This document shows positions 28,627-38,069 of a DNA stretch of 64,000 bases, piece by piece. The stretch is from Cycas panzhihuaensis (lineage: Eukaryota; Plantae; Cycadophyta), in assembly GCA_023213395.1 (NCBI GenBank), contig CM041465.1, positions 103,795,741 through 103,859,740 on the forward strand, written 5' to 3'. A model generated the notes under the pieces. The model ran no database searches. It was not told where the DNA came from and worked only from the letters and a program-made list of their open reading frames with translations. How positions within the stretch are numbered: the stretch's first letter is position 1; every line of letters begins with the position of its first letter. The position numbers and the translations under genes are program-made.

Positions 28627-29003
28627 CTAGTGCAGACTGTTAACAGTCTGAGAGCGCCGATAGGCACCTCGTATGTTCAAAGCCGCAACATGTAACCATT
28701 TACCTTGGAGTAGAAGCTAAAGACATGGTTCTGTTGCAAAAGGGAGGTTGGCCGGCACCCCCTCTTTTCTGCCTCGCAATAAAAAAAACAATAAAATAAA
28801 AGAAGAATCCTCTGCATTTCCTTCTGTTCATTGTATGGTTCATTTTCGTTTTGCATGGTTTATTTTCGTTTTTTGGGTGTGTGTTTTTTTTTTTTTTTAT
28901 TATTTTCATTAATGGAATTTTATTTTCATTATTTTCATTAATGGGAGTAAAATTGAGGGGGCTGAGTCTCCACTTCTCACTCCCTGAGGGCGCCTATCGG
29001 CGC
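28627..29003 (-). mobile_element. Non-autonomous Helentron/Helitron2-like (DINE-1/HINE-type) rolling-circle element, ~380 bp
   Basis: Absent from sister units (empty site TCAGATAAACATTTC). Asymmetric inverted repeats GCGCCGATAGGC (28654-28665) and GCCTATCGGCGC (28992-29003), 18-bp palindrome CAGACTGTTAACAGTCTG (28633-28650) and terminal CTAG (28627-28630). Inserted in a minus-strand T run. Confidence 0.78.
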
Positions 29004-29824
29004 AAACATTTCATCTCTGTGCTCTTTGTAAAGTGTCTGTTGCATATAGGCATCTAACCTGTATGCTCTGCTTCAGTTGAAGTTTCCTACCATTCAATCA
29101 TGACTGAAGTTAAGGTGCTTGATATTTCAGGTTCTGCATGCCCAATTAATTGAGCAGGTCAGTTCTTGATGATTTCTCTGACCTTTCTAGAAAGTAATAA
29201 TGGTCAGTGGGAATTTCTTTCTTCATACAACAAAGGTTAAGAGTGATTCTGACAGGTTTCTCTGTACTGGCAGTATGATGGGTCACACATCATGTATTCT
29301 GTCATCTTTTATTGTCTTGATGTTATGATAATTGCATTGATCTGCAATTATGCTGTTTACCTTTCCATCACATTCTCAATGATTTTTAGAGTTAGATCAC
29401 ATCGCATTAGAAGCTTGGAATCATTTTACTTTTATCATCCAATTGCATATGGTCATAGCAACTATTGGTGGGGTAGAAGCCCATCTTTTGTGAGTCCTGC
29501 TACTTCAACTATTTATGGGATAGAAGCCCATCATTTGTGACTATTACTTCTGCATTTTCTTACTTGTTTATTGCTTTTCTGTATTATCTGGAAGCACAGG
29601 GTGAGGTGTAGACTCCCTGTATTCCTTGTCAAGAGTGAAAGAAAGTAAGAGTTGCATATCCTTCTCTTGGCCAAAGAAGAGTTGTGATCACTGCTTATTG
29701 AGGTAATATGACCCTTTAGTTGCACCTAAAAGGGAGCACTTATCGTGATAAGTATGATGCATTTTTCCATTTTAGTTAGATGGAGATAACCTGTTTTATA
29801 TGTGCCTTAGTCCATATAAAATTG

Positions 29825-32430
29825 TATTGAAGATCAGAGAGAGATACAAGAATGACCGAAGATTTAGTATGAGATATCATTTGGATATATATGCATCTAC
29901 ATATTGTAACTGGCATGTGTCTGAGTGACACGTCGTGGACAGTTGTCTAATGATACATTAAGAGGGGTTTTACATGACCCTTATGTACATATTTCTATAT
30001 GAAACATTATACTCTAACACCCTCTCTTAATGTTTCATCTTTTTGATCCTATTTTATCTCTAAGAACTATGAACTTGTCTTTGTTGAGGGGCTTTGTTAA
30101 AATATTTGCAATCTGTTTATTTGTTGAACAGTAGGTTAAATCAATTACTTTGCTTTGTACTTTTTTTCTTATGAAGTGATGATGCACTTTAATGTATTTT
30201 GTTCGAGCGTGAACAACAGGATTTTTGGTCAGCTTGATGGCACTTTGATTATCACAGAATAGGATGGTTGACACTTTTTGTTGTTGATCTAAATTTGATA
30301 GCAATTGCTTAGGCTACACTGTTTCACAAGCTGCACTGACTGCTGACTTGTATTCTGCTTCTGTAGATGATATTGTGATTGTGGCTTGTCTTTTGCTATT
30401 GCAAGAGATTGCTGTTTTGATCCAAGAAAGAAACAATAGCCTTTTGTTGACTTTCTTTTTTCTTTGCCTCCAGCCCAATCTAAATCACAATATCCAATTA
30501 GTTTATTTGTTCTCCTCAGTTTTGGATATGTGAACTTTAGATCAGCTGTTCCCTTTAAGTATCTCAAAATTCGTTTTGTTGCTTTTCAGTGTCTTACCTT
30601 TGGATCTTGCATATACTTTGAAACTAGACTTATTGAATATAAGATGTCAGGTTTAGTTGCAGTGAGTTATATTAGGCTACCTATCAGTTGCTTATTACAA
30701 TGTTTCATTGACTGCAGATTCACCTTCATCTGGAGTAAGATCACAACCTACTTCCATAGGAATGATGCAAGTGTTGTTTTCTTCTATCTTGAATTTTGAT
30801 AGCAGATTTTTAATGTATTTATTCTGGGACAAGGAAATTGAGTCTACTTTTTGACCAACTCGTATCACCAAATAGCAGTTCAATAGCCCTAGATTAGTCA
30901 TTTCAAAGCCCCTTTTTAATTGTTACTTTATATTTGGTATTGACTTAGTATCATTACCATTGAGAATCATATCATCTACATAAACGATGATAATTGTGAT
31001 TAGTCTCTATTTCTTTTTGGTGTACAGACTGGAGTCTGAGTTCCACTTGGGAAAACCATTCTGAATGAGGTATTTATGTAATTTTGCATATCAGGGTCTC
31101 GGGGCTTAGTTTAGCCCATACAATGCCTTTTTCAATCTGCAAATTTGATTTTCTTTTTAATAATGCACAAATCCTTCAAGCTGTCTCATGTAGACTTTCT
31201 CCTCAAGTTCACCATTTAGGAAGGCGTTTTTTATGTTTAATTGGTAAATCTTCTAGTTGTTCTGAGCTGCCAGGGCTATTACAGCTCTCACAATTCCCAA
31301 TTATGTTATTGGTGAGAATGTCTCCTTGTAGTCTATTCCAATAGTCTGAGTGTATCCTTTGGCAACGAATGGACCTTCTATTTGTTTATTTTACCATCAT
31401 CATCTTTTTTAATTTTAAATACCCATTTGCAATTCTCCACTGGTTTACTTGGAGGTAAATTTATTAGTTCCTAGGTTTGATTTTTAACTCCATTTGTTCA
31501 TTCATTGCAACCTCCCAGTCCTTGTGTCCTTTTGCCTCTTCAAACAATTGTGGTTCTATGTTCGTGAATAGAGCTGGATGTCTGTAGAAGGCAATCCTTC
31601 TTCTCCAATTGTAGAGATTTCATAAGATGCCCTTTCTGAATCATCTGTCTGTACATCTTTTGAGGTGATCCCAGAGATTTCTTCAGTAAGAGATTCTATT
31701 TGTAAAATTCTCTTGGGCGCCTCTTCAACTGTGTGTTTAACTAGTGTGTCTAAATCAATTTCATTGAAAACATCATCCCTACTTACATAGACCTTATTTG
31801 TTTTAGGGTCTATACATTTGCAGGCTTTTGAGTTTTTACTGTAGTCTATCATTATACATTAGAATCTAGTTTTGATCTCTTTTTATTTGGAATGTGAACA
31901 AAATCTTTGCATTCAAATACTTTTAGATTATTTACATTTGGCTTGGTTCTGGTCCAGGCTTTTTCTGGTGTGATTTGCTCTAGGATCTTCGTGGGGCTTC
32001 TATTTATAAGATACCCTGCTGTGCTGACTGCTTCAGCCCAATAAATTCTTGAGATCTGATATTAATTGGAGTTTAGATGGTTTGATACTCCATGGTTTTC
32101 ATGTTCAGTCAATTAGGCAGTGCAGCCTGGGGGTGTTCTTGAGGCAGGCCAATTTTGAGAGGGCAGCACCAAAGCGCATCTTAGGTGAAAGAGTAGCATA
32201 TCCATGGCATTTTTCTTCATTGCTAGTGTGCAAGAATAAAAGAGTACCGCGACAATGGGTTTTTTCTTCATTGCTAGTGTGCAGGGAGAAATGTGGCAAG
32301 TTCCATAGATTGCTCTCTCAGTTTTCATTGCTTGCGATATTGTTTGGTCATCGGTGTGTTGGTATCATTTCCTTTTTCTTTTTGTACATGCAGAATTTGA
32401 TTGTTGTAGTTTGCTAATTTAAATAAAGGT
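29825..32430 (-). mobile_element. Decayed Copia 3' half, unit 6 (LTR 29825-30019), longer form retaining the integrase C-terminus
   Basis: ORFs 30035-30304 (RNase H), 30289-30567 (GYCDLDWAG...RKSTKGY), 30695-30901 (RT) and 31556-31852 (post-integrase region). Confidence 0.9.
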
Positions 32431-32544
32431 TTATGTCAAGCAGACCATTGATTTAAAGCATACTGGGCATTACATATGGTTGCCAGCCAGTGCAACTATT
32501 GAGTGAGCTTTTTCTCATTATGCCCAATTTCTTTTCTTAAATAG

Positions 32545-33700
32545 ATTAGGTGGTCATGCATGGAAAGGTTCTGGGCGATCATGTTGTAACAGACAATCTG
32601 TTGCAACAGTCACAAGAGTGTATTGTGCGGGCAGAGTTTTATGTATGGCCATTAGTCATGGAGACTGTTTTTAGATTGGTCACCTACCTACACAGGATGC
32701 ATTGTGCAGCCAATATTGCCTTTGAAAGAAGTATCCATACTTGGTTCTTTGCTTCTTTTGGAGACTAACCTCATATGATCAACACTGTAGGCGACAATGC
32801 TGGTATTTGAAAAGGGAAAAGAAATGGTGGGTTCTCTCTAGATGATTTTCATCTTTGCCTGACCAAGGAGGAGGTTACATTTAGGTTACATGGATTGTCC
32901 CTCCCAAAGCTCTTAGCTCCAATCTGGCCTTTTATGTTAAGCACTTCTCACATATTTCTGATAGTGTTGTTACCTTTCTGAGATATCTTCCACGACACTG
33001 CTTTCATGGATTAATATCTCCTTTAGCATAGCTTCAAGGTTGTTTGCACCAGCTTAGGTATGAGACAGACCATCATATCCGTAGGGAGCATTGTATCCGC
33101 GGACTTTGTGCTTTAGAGATTGAGACCAAGGAGCATTTCATTTTCAGGTGCCCTGTATATTACAAGATTAGAGAAGTATTGGTGCTCCTGTGCAGCAAGA
33201 GGTTCATTGGCCACCTTCTTCTTATATCGGGATTATATTTGTTTGGGCCTATTCATTATGGAGTTGTTTCTCCTTAGGCGACACTTTCTGAGGAACGGAG
33301 ATCAAAGATCTATTGAGACTTTTTGCATTCCCGCTTTCTTTTGGTGGCTCCATCCTTAGTGCCTTGCTACGTTAGATGACTCACAGAGACTGACGGGGTA
33401 GTGTTTTATCATCCAGATCTATTAGATGATCGGTTCACCCCTGTCATAGGTCTTGCTACATGGATATGAGGTCATCATGCCGTAGAGCACGAAGTCGAGG
33501 TCTCATCACCACATATTATGCTTCCTCCAGTAGAGATTCAACCTTGAATGATAGGAGAGAGACACCATTGGATACGGTTGCCAGAGTACCATTCCTATTG
33601 CATTGCCTTGAGGTTCCATTAGACTTTTGCTTAGGATTATGCAACAGGACACCATAACAGTGCAGCTGTCAGCTGATGATTGTATCCATCAAATCCTGTA
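32545..33700 (+). mobile_element. LINE 3' fragment, unit 6 (longest copy, probably including its 3' end)
   Basis: ORF 33044-33277 has HQLRYETDH...GLC..EIETKEHFIFRCPVYYKIR, the best-preserved knuckle. Ends near a short ATCC-like tail at ~33685-33697. Confidence 0.75.
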
Positions 33701-36262
33701 AGGAGAGATGAGCTAGCTATTGATTTACAGCTGTCTTCTACCTCTCTTTTATTTGACTGACCTCTTCTGCTATTGGTTCAGTTGTAAAGAAGATTCTCTT
33801 TTTGTTTTATATTAGTTTTTTTTTCCTTTAATTTTGTTAGTTTAGCTTTTATCTTTTTTTCTTGCAGGTGCTTTACACACTACTTAATTATATGTTGTAC
33901 ATGCTCTTTTTGGCATCCCATTGACTGCTTTTTGTTTCCCATGGACATTAATATAATTTTTTTCTTTTCTTTCTTCTTTTAACGCATCTTCTGAATTTGT
34001 TGTTCACCTTAGTTTTGTGTCATTTTCAAATCTGAAAGTTAGACACATTGTTATGGACGACTCATCTTCCATTCTTGTTTTGCAAGACATTTAACTTAAT
34101 TGGCCTATGCTGTTTTACTGGTGAATGTTTGCACCGGGTGCTCAATGTATGCTGGACAATTCATCTGTAGGTTCCTTCTATGCATTGCAGCTTCCTTCGA
34201 TCGACACTCTGCGAATTTTATTGAAAGTGCGGGTGCTCGATGTTCTTGGTTTTGTGAGATGAGCTCTTTGGGCTGGCTAATGTAGAATGCTTGTTCAGAG
34301 TTTGAGAAAGAACACTGGACATTGGGACATTCTTGCTTTCTACATAAAATGTTGACTATTCATGTTTGCTGCAGTGGTAGTCTGCAGTGAGAAGTATGAG
34401 GGGTCTCACAAATCTGAATAATGCTTCTTTTTAATGATTGTGATCTTGTCTTTGCAAAGTGTCTGTTTTTATCCAACCTGCTGCTTTGTCATAGAATTGC
34501 ATTGAGTTGAATGGTGGTAAAGTATTTTTCTTCAGTGTCTGTTTTTAGCTTTTGAAATCACAGGATTATGTGCATTCAACAATCCAAATGCATATCGTTG
34601 AATGGACTGTAGAATGCATTTCTGTAAATTATAATTGACTTATTTTGTTGCATCATCTGAGTTTGCTGATCATTGTGGCACTGTGCTATGTTTCAACCAG
34701 AGAGGGAGGTGTAGATTCAGTTTCTTCCTTTCAGGCTTCTCTCAGGAGGTGTTGATTCTGTTTGCTTCTTTCAGACTCTTCTTTTCTGTCGGTTTGCAAC
34801 ATTGAATTCATTGGTTTTGGCTGTTTTGTGATCTCCATGTGCATGACAAGTTTGTGAGCAATTCCTAGATGAATGGACTTCTCACCTAATTGTGACACTC
34901 ATTATCCTGCACCTTTCGAGTTTCTTTTTGGTTTTTGGTACCATGTAATCAATTAAGTGTAGAATTCGTATTATCAGATAAACATTTCATCTCTATGCTC
35001 TTTGTAAACTGTCTGTTGCATATAGGCATCTAACCTGTATGGTCTGCTTCAGTTGAAGTTTCCTCCAATCATGACGGAAGTTAAGGTGCTTGATATTTCA
35101 GGTTCTGCATGCCCAATTAATTGAGCAGTTCAGTTCTTGATCATTTCTTTGACCTTTCTAGAAAGTAATAATGGTCAGTGGGAATTTCTTGCTTCCTACA
35201 TCAAAGCCTAGAGTGATTCTGACAGGTTTCTCTGTACTGGCAGTGTGCAGTGAGAAGTATGATGGGTCACACATCATGTATTCTGTGTCACCTTTCATTG
35301 TCTTGATATTATGACGATTGCATTGATCTGCAATTATGCTGTTTACCTTTCCATCACATTCTCAATGATTTTTAGAGTTAGATCACATCGCATTAGAAGC
35401 TTGGAATCATGTTATTTTTATCTTCCAATTGCATATGGTCATAGCAACTATTGATGGGGTAGAAGCCCATCATTTGTGACTGCTACTACTCAGCTATTTA
35501 TCGGATAGAAGCCCATCATTTGTGACTATTACTTCTGCATTTTCTGACTTGTTCATTGCTTTTCTGTATTTTGTGGAAGTACAGGGCAAGCTGTAGATTC
35601 CCTGTATTCCTTTTCAAGACTTGGATTGTGTGTTTCTGTGTTAAGTAAGTGTGGCATTTAACTTGATCAGGTTTGGGCTATTCTATGTCTGGTTATACAT
35701 GGCTAGAGTTCAAATGTTCCCAAGATGATTTGGCATCTCCCCTCCAACCGTGGAGTTCACGTTGTTTTAAAACATTTCATCTGTAGGTTGTTTGGTGAAG
35801 CTTTTGATCTGTTTCATTTTTGTCCTCAATGTAAGAGTTTTCCCACCTGTTTTCAATAAATATTGCATCAGATTTTTGTTCTGCTCTTGTGTTTATTGGA
35901 CTGAATGGCAGATGTCGAACTTCTATGTGTGAAATGCTTGGTCAGGCATATGATGTAAGCATGGGAAAGGAAGTAACAATTGCATATACTTCTCCTGGCC
36001 ACAGAAGAGTTGTAGTCACTGCTTATTGAGGTAGTATGACCCTTTAGTAGCACCTGAAGGGAGCAGTTATCATGATAAGTATGATGGATTTTCCCATTTT
36101 AGTTAGATGGAGAAAACCTGTTTTGTATGTGCCTTAGTCCATATAAAGTTGGAGGTTCATAGGATGTCAAATAAAGTTGCTATGACCTCCCTTGAGTTTC
36201 TCTTGAAGGAAGGCGAATAGTAAGTTTAATATTCTATTCCTTTAGTTCAACTTGAAGGGACT

Positions 36263-37066
36263 TGTTGATATGTTGTTGAGGGGAAAAATAAAGTAATGAA
36301 AGGATTGATATAATTAGAAATTATTGGTTAAAAAACAGAAAATCATGAAATTCAGTATCTGGGAAGTGTTGCTGTCAATGTTATCCTGGTTGTGATGTCC
36401 TACTGTGTTTGTGCCATTTGTAAACACTAAATGAGATGGCGTAAATACTAGATGAGAACAAGTAATGGAAAACAAACATAGATAAGTGAGGTAGAACTGA
36501 TTTTCCAGCAATGAATAATTGATATTCACGTAAGATACAAATGAGAGTACACTATACACATATATTCAAGCTTATGGTTGTGCGTGCTGGATACTTATTG
36601 TCAGACATGCAAGAAATAGCACTTGTGAGTGGTGTGGGAAGTATGAACTCACTCACTTAAAGCAATAGAATTTACAACATTAAAAGTGATGAACTTTTAA
36701 TACAATAGAGTACACAATAGTGAAGTGAATATTAATTCTAACACTCTCGCTTAATTTTTACTTCTTTAATTCTTACTTCAAGGCCTTCTTTGAAATTTTC
36801 AAATTTGTCTTTTCCTAATAGTTTGGTGAAGATATCAACAACTTGTTTTTTGTGGGTTTGCAAATTAGTTTGATTTCTCTAATCTAGACCTGTTTCTTGA
36901 TGAAGTGGTGATGTACCTCTATGTGTCTCGTATGCGCATGGAATGCAGCATTCTTTGCTATTTTTAATGTGCTTACTTGTCACAATGTACTTTTTTAGCA
37001 TTTTCTTGATGTAGTCCCAAGTCATTAAGACTTCGCCTTAACCATATGGCCTCACGTGCTGCTCCT
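36263..37066 (-). mobile_element. Second, different Copia 3' end (RNase H C-terminus, PPT, LTR beginning at 36743)
   Basis: The minus strand reads ...FHAHTRHIEVHHHFIKK...VVDIFTKLLGKDKFENF. The purine-rich tract AAGCGAGAG abuts TGTTAG at 36743. The far LTR end is uncertain. Confidence 0.75.
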
Positions 37067-37529
37067 AGAAAAAATAAAATTTTTAGATTGCCCAACTTCT
37101 CTTAATCAATAACCAATCGAACTCACTCGATGTAGGTGCAAGCTTTATGAACACGATTGGATTTTGCCTATGGTGGTGGAGGCTCCTCTTGCAATGGAAC
37201 TCAAATAAAGGTGTGGTGTGACAAACGGATGAACAATGGCGGCAACACAGAGATCACCACTAGCGCTCGATTGAGTTTCTTCAATGGTGCTCGAATGGGG
37301 ATAGGCCAATATCTCATGCGGCACTGCTAGTTCTACGGAAGATCAAAAGAAATTTGGTACATCTTAGGAATCCTTGCAGTCGTTGCCAGAGGTGAGATCA
37401 TACATATGAATCATATGTGGACAAAAGCACACACAAAAAGGGCTAATGGTGGTAGGAAGAGGCACCACAAGCTTCAGGTACGAATGATCAATAACCAAGT
37501 ATCAACTCGACCTTCGATGCAGGTAGAAA

Positions 37530-37686
37530 ACCACAGCAAAAGGTAGGATCTAGATGTATAATTTGACATTGAGTTCACGGCAATCTGGTGTCCCGTGTGA
37601 TCTGTTTCTGCTTGATATCTACATACTGTGAAAGATCCTGTTGACCTTGTTTGCTTCATTTGTGTTTCCTAACATGGTATCAGAGC
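37530..37686 (+). mobile_element. LTR 3' end plus tRNA-iMet PBS remnant
   Basis: CCTAACA (ends 37674) is directly followed by TGGTATCAGAGC (37675-37686); left boundary unknown. Confidence 0.65.
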
Positions 37687-38069
37687 TTGTAGGTCATGCA
37701 CAAGTAGAGGATTGTCGTTGGATGGTCCAATCGATGGTGCCAGGTCATGCTGGCTTGCCCTGAACTCGAATGAATGGGAACAAGAAACACTTCCTAATTG
37801 GCAGTAATCATGAGTTTGGGCAGTTCTTCACGGTGGAGGGTTCGATCAAACACAACGGTGCATGGTAGATATATTTCACATTGATAGATTAAAGACCCTC
37901 AATACTTCGTCTAGTAACACCGCTAGAGTTTTATCCCCTTGATGCAATACTAATGACAAATAGTGGCAAAATAGGTGAAGTAGCAAAAAATTTTCCTAAT
38001 GCTGCGGAGTGGGTGTTAAACCCAAATTGATAGTTGGTGCTCTGATACCACTTGTAATGAATTGTTACA

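Larger units (their letters stand above)
1..36151. repeat. Tandem array of ~4.4-6.0 kb composite units (8 head blocks, 7 Copia+LINE bodies); extends beyond the left edge of the window
   Basis: Anchor AGTAATAATGGTCAGT recurs with its ATG at 27, 5528, 10606, 15215, 19848, 24219, 29200 and 35171 (periods 5501, 5078, 4609, 4633, 4371, 4981, 5971). Near-identical ORFs recur in the track. Homology stops at ~36151. Confidence 0.97.

Noticed and set aside
1-36151. Array as a CRISPR-like repeat-spacer system or as a pure assembly artefact
   Set aside because: The units are kilobase-scale paralogs without unique spacers, in eukaryotic DNA. The copies carry private SNPs, indels and insertions, which argues against simple artefactual duplication, though long reads would be decisive.
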